Shown piece after piece: positions 12,743 through 26,049 of a stretch of 64,000 bases of DNA. How positions within the stretch are numbered: the stretch's first letter is position 1; the number at the start of each line of letters is the position of its first letter. The notes beneath the pieces were generated by a model, which worked only from the letters and a program-made list of their open reading frames with translations, made no database searches and had not been told where the DNA came from. The stretch lies in NCBI GenBank assembly GCA_951406725.2, contig OX597819.1, forward strand, positions 56,730,001 to 56,794,000, in the 5' to 3' direction. A program made the translations under genes and the position numbers. This DNA is from Octopus vulgaris (lineage: Eukaryota).

Positions 12743-14224
12743 GTGCATGCGTGCGTGCGTGTGTGTGTGTGTATATATATATATAAATATCAGGTAAAAT
12801 ATTAATGTACTATATTGTCATAGAATGTGGCGTTGTTATTCGAAAATTCCCTAACTGTATTCGTTTACGAGGTGACTCGGCTTGCCAGGAATAACAGACC
12901 CAGCTTCTTCAATTCACACCACATTGTTTTGGAAGAAACGATATAATGAAAGAAGCGGTCCTTGATATACGGTAAGAATAACTAAATGGAAGAATAACTA
13001 AATTTGGGACAGCTTTTATCATAAATTTCTCGGTCACAATATTTATTTAACAGTAATATGCTAGTTAATGTATCGAATAGCTTTGATTGAACCTATTATT
13101 GGTAGTTGACCAGCCTTTTTTTTGGTACGAAAATCTGACCACAACAAGCAAAAAATATATGGCTTCCTACTCTGCATATATCCCCAGTATTGTATGGTAC
13201 ATACGAAACTGTATGAGTAGAAGATTAATTTTACTCCCAAAGTGGGGTTTGATCTCAAAACCATAATGAAGAAATATAAATCAGCTTATATTCTCGTCTG
13301 ATTTTCTACTTCGTTCATTATGCAAAAATAACAAAATAAAATAACATATACACTATTATCTTCAATTCAATTTTTCCCACCGAAAGGAAATCTCGAAAAC
13401 TATTTTAAATTGGCAGGTTTCACTTTAAGATGTATACTAATCTTTGCAAATGATTAATTTTGGTGTAAACAAAGATAACAAATTTACACTGTACAATTTC
13501 AAAATTGGTGTTATGTTGTCAGCCTTCAAAGTATCGATATTTTTACTAGTAGAACACGTTATTAAATTACGTGGAAAAGACATATCAAAGGAAGCGATAC
13601 TCAGAAATGCTGGTAAGTGGCGAAAATAATGTATCAAATTTTCAATGCTGTCTCCATCCATGTTAAACAATGTTCGAGGACTTGAATTAACCTGATAAAC
13701 AATAGAAACAAGTAACCAATAGACAATTCTTTGCAATTGATATTGTTGAGACCTGCAACCTACGAAGCTAATTCCCAATGATTTATATTCTATAATGTTT
13801 CAATTTACTGGTAATATATTTTTTTAAAAAATTACTTAAGCTTCTAATTCTCTTGGTATTGGTAAATTTACCATTTCTATCTCTTGGCCGGGATGTCATT
13901 GATCAAAGCTTTATCAGTCTAAATTTTCTTAGTGATAAGGATATTTGGAGAGCTTGGATATTTACAAATTAAAATCTATGCAAAGGCGAAAATGACTAGT
14001 TAAGTAGGGAGTAAAGCAAACACAGCAAAAGCCGAGGCTCCATTGCACAAGAACTCATTAGTGTCAGTAATGTAGTGTGCCTTGATTTCCAGCAGAATAT
14101 GAAAGTTAGCAACACAACTGTTTAATGTTACAAACGCATGCTTCGACTAACAATAAAATAAAGACATCGAGAAATTTTAGTAGGACTAATTAAAAACAGT
14201 TGGCAATCAAATCAAGAGATACAT

Positions 14225-14458
14225 CTTTTATCTTGTACTTGTTTCAGTCCTTGGACTCCAGCCATACTGGGATATCGCCTTGAACGGTTCGGTCGAACTA
14301 ATCAATCCGACACTAATACTTATTTTTAAAGGCTAGTATCAGTCTCGTTTTCCGAACCGCTACATTAGGGAACATAAACAAACGAATACCGGTTGCCAAG
14401 CAGTGCGGGAGACAATGGCAAACATTAAGACAAATACACGTCTATCTGACTCTCTATC

Positions 14459-14556
<98 letters not shown>

Positions 14557-14790
14557 GGCTGGCTGTCTGTCTGTCTGTCTGTCTGTTTGTCTTTCTGTCC
14601 GTCCGTCCATCCATCCATCTATACAGATATACATATCATAATACATGGACGGGCTTCGACACAGTTTTCTTCTACCATATTCACTCACGAGACATCCATT
14701 GTCTCAGGGATACAGTTGACGAAACTTAGCAAAGATGTTGCCGCTCCGTGTGACCGAACCCGGGCCCACATGATTGCACAGCAGGCATCT
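14225..14790 (-). mobile_element. SINE family A, diverged, with (TATC)n/(TGTC)n tract
   Basis: Reverse-complement tail TACTTGTTTCAGTC and a decayed head near 14740-14790. Confidence 0.7.
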
Positions 14791-17060
14791 TCATCTTTCT
14801 GCATCAGTCAGCCGGCCTTCACCCATGCTATTCCCTATATTTTTCATAATATTAAAAATTTGGGAATGCAAACATGGATTCGTTGCTTTGCACATTTAGG
14901 AAAGATCTGGTTCTACCTATATTTTTGAACTATACAATAACAAAGGACTATAGAAGCTGTTAAATCACGCGAACTAATTATAGAAACTGCAATACATCAA
15001 ATAGAATGCTATAAAATTCACCCGGGGGTAATTTATAATAGCAACATCAATTTAAAAAATTTTACTTTAATCCTCAAAATATATCAATTGAGTATAATGG
15101 GCCTTAAGCTGGATGTGTTCCAGTACACGTAATTTTAATAATGACAATAAAAATTAAGTCCCCGTAAATGAAGAAGAACGAAAATACATGATTAAGATAA
15201 TGAACGTGATTAATTTAACAGCTGGATTTAAATGGCTGATAGGAGGAGACCAACTGAACTCTGTAATTATTAGATGAAACATCAAGAATTAATAAGACGC
15301 TCTGAAAAACTAATAAGTGCTCACACAATTGTTGGTAAAATAAAGGAAGTTAAAAATCCTTGCATTAAACTATTTTAGTCAATAGTCATGAAAGAAAAGA
15401 ACGTTATGAAAATGAAACACTGCAATTAGAATACAAATGAATCAATGGAAAGTAACAAAAGATATTAAGACTGTAAAAAATACTTGAATCAACATAAACT
15501 CTAAATACGTACAATGTTGCCAAAGCGAAATTAAGAAAATCATGTAATTTGTTCCCCTTTTCTATAATTAGGGAGGGAGGCCTTCAGCGTGAGACTTCAC
15601 AGATCTTCAGATACTGGAGAGAAGGAGGGAAGAATGGGAGGAATGGAAGAAGTTATCTTCACACCGAAGGCCTGGTCCGAATGCTTGCAACTAATTGTGC
15701 TTCGCTAAGGGCTCTCAAGTTACCGGGTGGTGGTGTTAAAATGGGCGATAGGTTAAGTCAACCATCCAAATAAGTTATGATGTTAGTTGAACTAAGAAGG
15801 TAAAGATCAAGAACAGATATTGCAAAACATTTTGTTCGACAATTTTCCTGATCCGCTCTGGATTGGTATTTTCTTCCTCAACTCCAAAATATCTCACCAG
15901 AAGTGGTTAACCAAATATCAGAGTTTTGGAAGTGATATGGCAGCCTTCTAACCAATGCAAATAAATAAATTGATAGGCGGAGATAGAATGGTTGAGAAAA
16001 ACGTTACAGTAACAAAAGCAGAGTAGAAAGTAATGATAAAACACGAAAAGAAATCTGTTTGTTATACAATAGCAAGAGAACACTACAGAAGCTATGCAAG
16101 CTATTTGAAACTAACAATTAAATCAACTGGAACAAATAAAATTTATGCATGAAGTGAATATCACACCGAGATTCTTTATAAACTTTGTATTAGTGATTCA
16201 CATAGTGGAGAATGGCCTAGTAAATGGACAGAACTAACTATAACAGTTCTGTCAGAGAAAGGAAACAACAAAGAGAGCGAAAACAACCGTATAAAGAGTT
16301 TCATTAGCCAACTAAGCAAGATGGGTTTTTGATATGTTTTACTCGCTCGATTGACGCCAATAATAACAATGATCTAAGTGCAACAATGATTAGTTTCTAA
16401 AATGGTCGAAACATTGTTGAACTGATTTGTAGCCTGCAAGAGAAAAATACTTGTAACTCATGTGTCTCGTGTACAATAACGTTATTAACTTTAAAGGAAG
16501 ATGTTTTAGCGCGTGCGCCATATAGTGCTATGGCTTACACAAAATTAAAGAAGAGAAAAACACCAGGGTTTCATTTGTAAATGTCAAGGTTGTGTGAAAA
16601 TGTGAAAGGTTTGCTTTTTGTGGAAAGAAAGATTAACACTTTTGAAATGAATCTTATAGAATGTTTCTTTGTAATCCCCATATCAAGCATCGAATAAACG
16701 AGAAAGTTAACAAATAAATTGCTGAGAATCAGGGGAAACACGAGGCTGTTCAAAGGTAGAATACGAAGTAGTATGATTATGCAACATGACATGGCAACAC
16801 ATTCCTCCCTGGGAATATGGTTATGCATGGACAAATATCCGGTAAAAGAGGTATGAGAAAGCCACAAATGGACGATTGAGAAACATAAATGGATGCATAG
16901 TAAGAAAGATAGCGAATATCATGACATTGGCTGATCCTGAGAAATAACAAAGGGCTGGGAGGTTTCCCCAGCTCTGATCTTACAGGCATTTTATGAAACA
17001 ACTGCCTCACTGCTTCTGGCCTAAAATACACTTCATAGCGAATATACATTACATACACAC

Positions 17061-17091
<31 letters not shown>

Positions 17092-17095
17092 CGTG

Positions 17096-17196
<101 letters not shown>

Positions 17197-17212
17197 GTGC
17201 ATGCGCCTGTTT

Positions 17213-17779
17213 TATGGTGCGGAAAGTCCGTGCCGATTTTTATAGGAAAGAAAAGGGTCAATAAATATATGCCATTACATTTTTAATCAACCAAATATGA
17301 ACCATTTTATTGCAGAATGCGTCTCCATCTTTTCTTTAACTTGGCAATACCCTCTTTTCAGAATTGAGGTGATTTCATGGCAAAGAATTCATCAAGGTAT
17401 ATTTTTTACGTCATCTAAGCAATTGAAAATTTTACCATTAAGACTATTTTGCAGAGATTTGAATACGTGGAAATCCTAAGGTGCAATATCTGGTGAATAT
17501 GGAGGGTGGGGTAACACATCCCAGCTGAGCTGCAGTAATTTTTGTCTGGTTCCCAAAGCATCAAGTGCCGAAAATGAACTTTCTTATCTTCCATTTTAAG
17601 AGGATTACAGAATTAACACAGGTTATAAGAATATAAACTTTCTTCCACGAAATGAGAGCTTAAACTTTGTCCTAAATTGATGTGTAGTCAAATCCTATTT
17701 TATGCACTCAACCATATTCTAAAATAAGTCGAAACGTAAGCTACAATAAATCGGCACGAACATTCCGGACAACCCAATA
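17213..17779 (-). mobile_element. Internally deleted mariner element
   Basis: Minus-strand translation LLQLSWDVLPHPPYSPDIAP*DFHVFKSLQNSLNGK. Inverted ends CGGAAAGTCCGTGCCGATTT (~17220) and AAATCGGCACGAACATTCCGGACAACCCAA-TA (17748-17779). Confidence 0.85.
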
Positions 17780-17784
17780 TATGA

Positions 17785-18172
17785 AGTGGCTGTGTGGTAA
17801 GTTGCTTGCTTACCAACCACATGGTTCCGGTTTCAGTCCCACTGCGTGACACCTTGGGCAAGTGTCTTCTACTTTAGCCTCGGGCACACCAAAACCTTGC
17901 GAGTGGATTTGATAGAAGGAAAATGAAAGAAGCCCGTCGTATATATATATATATATTCATGTGCATATATGTTTGTGCGTGTATGTCGCCCCAACATCGC
18001 TTGGCAACCGATGCTGGTATGTTTACGTCCCCGTAACTTAACGGTTCGGCAAAAGAGACCGATAGAATAAGTACTAGGCTTACAAATGATAAATCCTGGG
18101 GGTCGATTTGCTCGACTAAACGTGGTGCTCCTGCATGGCCGCAGTCAAATTAAATGAACCAAGTAAAAGAAT
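17785..18172 (+). mobile_element. SINE family A
   Basis: Homologous to 7540-8057. Confidence 0.9.
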
Positions 18173-18173
18173 G

Positions 18174-18249
<76 letters not shown>

Positions 18250-18266
18250 GTATATATGTATGTATG

Positions 18267-18300
<34 letters not shown>

Positions 18301-19329
18301 TATAGTTTTCAACTTGCCGATAGGTGTTCTTAAAATTAATTTACTTCTATGGCTTTCTCCGAAAATAATTTTGTCATACAGTGCGCGATTAGATAAGAAG
18401 TTCTATACTTTTGACTGACCTAATCTATTTAAGCTCCAACAGCAAAAGACGTTTATATTTATTAAGGAATATATAACCATGAGCTAAACAATATAACAAG
18501 GATGATAATTTCATAGTTGTGTTCTGTACCCGTAAACCCATAAGTTTCTGCATCATATACATGATATAATTGCAGTGCAATAAATTGATTAAGTTGTTAA
18601 TTAGACAAACATGAGCTCTGAGGGGCCGATTCGTGATCATCTCCTACAATCCAAAAATTCGTTGAAACATAATACTTCAAGCACTACATTATTCAATATA
18701 TTGTTCCATTTCTATGTAGCGGCATGTGATTCGAGGCAGGAATGTCTGGTATTCCTATCTGGTAGACAAAGAGACAGCGAAGAAATTTCCTTACTAGCTT
18801 CAAAGTAAAATGATTTGCGTGAGAAGTATTGTAAAATAGTGCTTATTTATCGAAGACGAAATGGAAAAGCCTGTAGCGTTCGGACTTAAACTCAGAGCAT
18901 AAATGCACGTAAATTAAATTCTGCTACACAACCCGTACTCTGCAGATTCTATTATATAAGGCTATTTCAGTGCATATACAGCAAAAATGTCAACATGAGA
19001 CAAGTAATCTAATCACAAACTGAAATCAGAATTATCTAAAACGTATCTTCCAATATTGTACTGTCTCTGAAATGATGAAATAAAATTTAGATTGAAATGA
19101 GTGTACAGATCCCTTAAGGGCATGTTCCTCCTTGTTCATAAAAAAAACTCCTCTTAGTTTGTGTTTAAATTCTTGTTAAAACATTAAATGCAATCCTTGC
19201 CAAAAAAATATAAAAACGTATTATTTTTTAATTCTTTCAGTCATTGGACTGCCGCCATGCTGGATCACCACCTTCGATCCTTTAGCAGAAGAGACGGCAG
19301 TGTATGTTTTAAAAAATGTCTGCTACTTT

Positions 19330-20800
19330 TGCAGCTGCTTTACAAATATTACCTGCAACCTCTTGCATTTTTCTTTCGGCAGCTGAAACCTGCTGAGACG
19401 CGTTACAGCACATTTGGTCGCAAATTGTTGGTAATCTATCTGTCCGTGAATCATTTCCAGCACATCCTTGATGGTATGAACTTTATCATCTATATCGATC
19501 AGAAGCCCCTTACATTTGCCTTGCGGTCCAGGGTTGAGAAGCATTCACCGAGAGAGACTAGACACCTGGACTTCGTATCGCAGTTTACCAGTGATATCCA
19601 ACGCATCCCCAGAGCTCAGAACACTGCTGCAGGTACATTGTCCCGCCTGCCGGTGAATTCTTTGTCGTCCTCTCCAGAGGTTGATCTGACTGTTTTGTCC
19701 TCAACCGACCTCCTCTAGACTCTCTTGACACATCTTCTGAGTTTGCGATATGCAAATTCAAGTATCTGCCTCTACCAACATCTGACAAACAGATATTGTG
19801 TGACGTGTCAACGGATTCGCCTCGTTCCTTCGTCCCAGAGGCCCATCAACGAGCTGTATTCGCAGCTTTGCACAGTCTTTCGCACCCTGGAGTCTCAGCT
19901 TCAGTAAAGCTCATGACGGCTAAATACTTCTGGCCAAATACGAGACGGGATATTACTGAATGTTCTCGATCTTGCCTCCAATACACAAACGTGCATAAAC
20001 ACATCCATGCCCCTCTCGGCATTTTTAATACTCCTGATGGACGTTTTCACTACATTCGTATTGATCTCGTTCGACCCTGGCCTCTCAGTCAAGAATTTAC
20101 ATAACCTGATCTGCATTGACCGGTTCACTCGCTGGCCTGAAGCCATTTCATTAACTAATATTTCTGCGGAAACTTTAGTGCGAGCTTGGGTATTAGGACG
20201 GATATCGCGTTACGATGTTCTTACCACTATAACGTCAGACTGGTAGACAGTTTCAATCTCACGTTTTTGCGGAACTTACTAAGATCATCGATGCAGAACG
20301 GATCCGTACTACCAGTTATCATCCTGCACATATTGAAAGGGTGGAACGCTTCCATAGCCAGTTGAAAGCAGCGTTTCATGCCTACCCTGATACTCAACGC
20401 TGAAGCGAGTACTACCTCATTGTACTCTTTGGCATTCGGACTACGTTCAAGAAGGATTTCGAATGGTACTCCGAGCTTCTGAATGGTACTCCGTTGTCTT
20501 TGCCGGGGAAGATGCTCGCCCTAGTCAAACTTTCTACTAAGGGTCCCGCACTCTGAGCGGCTTGCGTGCATACTTTCAAGCCCTGCTACCCAGGAACACT
20601 AAGCCGATAAACCTTCGGTCCGGGTGGACATTGACTCGTGGACCTATGCGTTCGTCAAAAGTGACGTAGTGAGAAGTCTTCTCACTCCACCGTAGCCTGG
20701 ACATTATCGTGTGCTTGCACGCTCAGACAAACATGCTACTATATACTTTAATGGTTCCAGAGTCACTGTCTCTGTGGATAGGATCAAGAGGGCCTACACA
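19330..20800 (+). mobile_element. Ty3/Gypsy LTR-retrotransposon pol relic (RNase H-like domain and integrase), frameshifted
   Basis: QPLAFF.RQLKPAETRYSTFGRKLL..Y..V.HF..., DQKPL, RHLDFVSQF; zinc-binding LHSLSHPG..YFWPN..C; IDRFTRWPEAI, TITSD, YHP..VERFH.QLK; C-terminal VSVDRIKRA. No LTRs recognised. Confidence 0.92.
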
Positions 20801-21589
20801 GATGCTAATACACCGGAGTCACATACATCCGACACACACATACACACTGCTCCACAGACATCTCGTCCATCTTCACAAGATACATCACGACAACTCGCAG
20901 AGGTCAACGTGTCCATTGGCTCGAGATGCTTTGTGAAACTATCTGTATATGAACTGATCCTTAGTGCCTGCTATTGTCTTTTTTTTTTCGCATGCTTGAT
21001 TTTTTATTCTTACTGCATTCATGTTGTTTTCTTTTTTCAATGTTTGAACAATTGGTGACTTCTCATATATGCAATGCATTTTTCTTTTGCCATTGTTTGG
21101 AATACTTTGCTTTTATTTTTCTTCCTTTTCTTTGCATTTTTCTCCTTCTTGTTTCTTGCTTATATCAACTTACAGTCTGCAGGAGAGTCAGGTAGCGGGA
21201 CAGGAAAGACCTATTTTGTTGCAGTGGCTTATTTCAGCTGTACTTTGGCTGACTCCAGAGAATCAGTTTCACGCAAAATTTAAAATGTTTATGATCTCGG
21301 TTCTTTAATACTAAGAGTGAAGCATGCCCATTAAGATGAGATAATAAAGAATGAATTGCGATGACCAACTGAAAATTATATTAGCTATGAATGAAATATT
21401 ATTGTCTTTTAATAATGAAACTATGCTTTCTGACTAAAGAAATAACTACAGTGTTATTGTGTGTGGGATTATACCCCAATACGGAAGATTTTATCCCAGT
21501 ATTTACCGTGTTGATACAACTTGTTCCAGCTGTTTTGTACTTGTTGCGATATCATTTTTAGAATTAAATTATGGAAATTGTCATTGGTG

Positions 21590-21722
21590 AAGGCATGGTT
21601 GGGTGGTTAAAAACACGCTTACGGTCAAGTCTCACTGCTTACCGCATTAAACAAGTATCTCCAACAATTGCCGCGGGTGGACCAGAGATTTGTGGGTGAA
21701 AAGAAATCGTGTGGAAGCTTGT

Positions 21723-21783
<61 letters not shown>

Positions 21784-21804
21784 GGGGGGGGATGCATGAA
21801 TATG

Positions 21805-21838
<34 letters not shown>

Positions 21839-22060
21839 CCTTTGTGTCTGCATTTGGCTCCACACCGCTCGAAAACCATAATTGATTTGTTTACTTCTCC
21901 GTAACGGAGCGTTTCAGCAAAAAGTACGTATAGAATTAATATTAGACATAAAAGCAATATGTGTACTGTGATCGATTTATGCGTCTAAAACTCGAGAAGG
22001 CGATGCCGAAGCAAGTCCGCTGTCCACCGAGAGAAACAAGTAAACGATAAGAATAAAGCT
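21590..22060 (+). mobile_element. SINE family A, strongly diverged
   Basis: Decayed head, internal (TA)n tract and a decayed tail ending GAAACAAGTAAA. Confidence 0.6.
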
Positions 22061-22099
22061 AGTGCTATTTGCCTTTCCCCCATAAATTATGATATTTTA

Positions 22100-22866
22100 A
22101 ACTTCATATTGCCGCTGTGTAATAATGTGTCGTTCATTCTTCTAGATACCTTTTTCTCCATGAACTTGGTCTAAGTCATTTGAAAATTAACTATATTGCC
22201 ACTGATATGAATCGATGGCATCTCGTCAGTGCGGCTGGTTATTCGGCAATTCTATACAGGAATTATCTAAAGTTATCTTCAGTACACTTGTGTAGGTACC
22301 TTAACCTGCCATTGGAAGAACATATAGAGCACCGGATACTAGTCATAGGGTACTTCATATCTCTATATATTCATTCTCATCAACACAACACGTCGTTGAA
22401 TTCAAGAAAGCTGAGACACTGTTGTCATTTACCAAGGACCAGTGAACTTACTAAGCCCATTCTTAACGGATAAACGGGGAAAAAACCCCCAGAAAATGAG
22501 GTGAACAGAAGAGAAGATGGATAGACATCGCCCGTGAAAGGCGGAGAGAAATAATCTACAGCATGTTGTGACTTCTTACAACCCAATCTGAATATGGGGA
22601 CTTAAAAAGTATGTTGTCATTGATATTGACCCGTGTTTTTCACTGAAACACGTAATTCTCAAGTTCGGCTCCAGTAGCCTGTGAATAGATACGACAACAT
22701 TTAAAAATTTATCGCTGTCAGCGGCAGTGACAGTAGCAGTGGTCGCGGTACACGTTTCGTTATTCTGAAGAACCAAGCTCAATGTTCCAACAGAGAAATG
22801 ACTCCTCAAAAAATACATATAAATCTCGTTCAAATCATGTTGTGATAACAGGATATTAACTTCTAC
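22100..22866 (-). pseudogene. Decayed multi-repeat cadherin relic (about two extracellular repeats)
   Basis: Minus-strand translation across frameshifts: HDLNEIYMYF..ATVTAADSD..N..EKHGSISMTT; AVDYFSPPFTG; VL-VNDNSV..VDENEYI; SNGRLRY..EDNFR; AIDS-SGNI. These cadherin motifs occur in canonical order. Confidence 0.6.
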
Positions 22867-22949
22867 GTAATAAAAATATCACTTTCGAAAACAAACATGT
22901 GTGCAGGTGTGTGAATATATGACTATATGCTTATACATACCCATATCTA

Positions 22950-22985
<36 letters not shown>

Positions 22986-23005
22986 ATATATATATATATA
23001 TATAT

Positions 23006-23070
<65 letters not shown>

Positions 23071-24764
23071 AGAGAGAGAGAGATGGAGATCAATTGATAG
23101 ATAGACAAGTACATATATACATATATATGCATACAAACATACATAGATGATATAGATGATGTAAACACATACATACAGACACACACAAACACATATACGT
23201 ATATGAAGCTGTCATTCTATATTAACATTACACACATGTGCTGTTTTCCGTTTTGATGCTTACCTGGCAAGTACTCAGTCGTTTATAGATATATATTTAA
23301 TATACGTATATAGCATACTATGTTACCTTTACGGTTATTACCTGATATTTCTGAACTGCTATGCAAACATCTCTATCACTAAATCTTTCAGACGTTTTTG
23401 ATTTAATATCTCTCGCTGATATTGAAATTGACTATCAAATAGCTTTATATAGGTTTGGAATATTTTGCATTAAAATGCAAAGAAACAAAACTCTATTTTG
23501 TTTATTCCACTTCATTAATTTCATCAATAAATATTCAATATGCAAATCATTTAATATATAGAGAAACTGTTTAGAATGGTAGCCAAACAATGTTAATAAA
23601 TTCTTTAATGTTTGAAGAATGTTAGCAAATACACACAGCTTGAACAGTTATAAGTCGATAAAGTAAACTCGTGTGAAACTATATTGGCACTATCGATTTA
23701 AATGTAATAAGGTAACGTTTTTTTTTTCTTATTTGGCACTAAAATATAACATCACCGTCATTTGAGCTCTAATAAATGGTTTGTTGGGACCTGCTCCAGT
23801 ATAAATATTGATATTTTGCAGCAAATCGAAAGCACAAATTATTATAAGACTTTATTTATAAATATCATCAAACAATTTGTCAAGTTATTAAAGCCTATAT
23901 TGGAGGAAATTGCTGAAATGTTGCATCTTACAAATATATTCGCACTGAAGTATTTATTTGCGTTTCTATTTCAATGGTACAAATATATACTTTATTATTT
24001 ATATAAATAATTGAAAGACTTTATATAATAAACATCAACTTCCTTATTCATAATGGAATCAATTACTGTATATAAAAAAAGATAGATATTTAAGCTAATG
24101 GTATTGAAAGAAGTGAACTGGGCCTGAGGTATCACTTTCAATATCTGAGAACCATTAAGCTATAAATTTTTCTGGATTATTTCAAGAAAGATTATTGGTT
24201 GAGTAAATGAAATAATAGACGACCATTACAATATTGACTTGCTGCCTTCTGTAGTTTAGATTTAATTGTGCTGGAGTCAATTTACATTTCATTTCTTAAT
24301 AGTTCCAAGTGTTTTTGATACCATCGGGAAGTTCCTGAGGTAATTAAATTCAGTTACAACCTTCCTGAAAAAATATGAGGTATCAAGGCAACATAAGACA
24401 TCAAAATAGGTGAAAAACCATATCTGGCTCTTTACGTACCGAGTTCAAATCTCACCGAGGAGAACTTTGGCTTTCATCTTTTCGGAGTCGATAAAATAAA
24501 TAGCGGTTGAACACTGGGTTTATGTTATCGACTGCCAAACTTGCAATCACTGCCTTGTAGGAAATTGAGAATACTGGAATAAGCTCTCTAAGTTAACTTT
24601 CCGCGCATCTTTGCTTAAGCACTTTAAAAAGCCGACGTTTGTCTTTTTTCAAATGTTCATAATTAAATATGTCGATTTTTCTATACTTGTTCATATACCA
24701 TCAAACTCATCTGATTAAAGTCAGAACTAAGTTGTCAAATTAGGTGAAAATACAATCCTCATTA

Positions 24765-25135
24765 TCTATTAATTAAAATCCGTTCTGTCTGTCTCTGTGC
24801 GTGTCTTCTAGTGTCTCGGGCATCCTCCATCCGATTGCGCTCAAATTTGATATGTAGATACCGACGGTATAAGTCTTGAAAAAATTACAAAAATCGATTC
24901 CAGGTAAGAATGCAATCGATAAAGCCGTGGGAACGTGCATTTGTACGCGCAAGTACATCAGCGGTTGCGATCGATACTACGCGTACGCGAGAAAAATGCA
25001 CGTGCAGTTCACACACAAAAAGCCGAATGGTTTGAAATAATGCCACAAAATGGCACGGTCGGACAAGTTTTGAGAAAATTTGGTTTAAATGTTTGACAAC
25101 TCAGCACCGTCCACTGGACGGGGAGCGTTTTGCTC
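24765..25135 (+). mobile_element. Non-autonomous Helitron-like element
   Basis: 5' TC with (CTGT)n near the start. Subterminal hairpin CCGTCCA-C-TGGACGG (25107-25121) about 11 nt before CTCG (CTRR variant), inserted between A and T. Confidence 0.65.
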
Positions 25136-25511
25136 GTATTTCATGTAGTTGCATTACATATTTTAATATCTTAGATGTATAATCTCCTAAATGATGAGAA
25201 TTGTTTTATAGCAGAAAAATATCCTTTATAAAAACGAATATTCCTTGGTTAGTAGGTTAAAAGGCGCACATTATTGCTGGCTTAGTACGAAGGATTTATC
25301 TCCGATAGGTTATCCTCCATTAAGGTTTAGTTTGTTAACTAGAGATTTCAAATATGAAAATTGAGTTTAAGGATTTACATAGTTCCTGTGAAAAGAAATG
25401 TTACATAACTGTTGTGAAACAGAAATGACAATTGTGCAAAGAGAAAACAACATGCTGAGGTAATGTGGAAGAACTAGCTCTAGTAACTGATCTCTTTCTT
25501 ATATATATATA

Positions 25512-25554
<43 letters not shown>

Positions 25555-25672
25555 AGTGGGAGAGAGAGAGGGAGAGAGAGTAAACCTGGTGGTTGGAATG
25601 TTTTAATGACATATAATACAGATGTTTATTTTCATTTGGTTGTCAGGCTTAATGGAGATATAACTATTGTTG

Positions 25673-25744
<72 letters not shown>

Positions 25745-25990
25745 GGTGTGCGGTTGTGTGTGTGTGTCTGTGTGTGTGCATGTGTGTGTGATTTTAGGTG
25801 TGTGTAATTGTATGTGCGTGTATATTGCGCATATCAAGAGCTTTTCAGAATATATTTACCATTGAGTTTAATACAACTGTTTAAAATAATCTTTCGAGAG
25901 AATGTAGTAAAACAATGGTTACATTTACAAAGAAAACCTCAGTTCAGGATAATATTTTCCAGTTAAATATTGTAAATACGATTATATATT

Positions 25991-26049
<59 letters not shown>

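Noticed and set aside
13061-13264. Possible piggyBac transposase relic (SNPTLGVKL.., GIYA)
   Set aside because: Similarity too weak to support by eye, and no TTAA/TIR found.
14950-16400. A-rich stretch possibly from an old LINE (IGGD-like motif)
   Set aside because: No sustained reading frame or diagnostic motifs.
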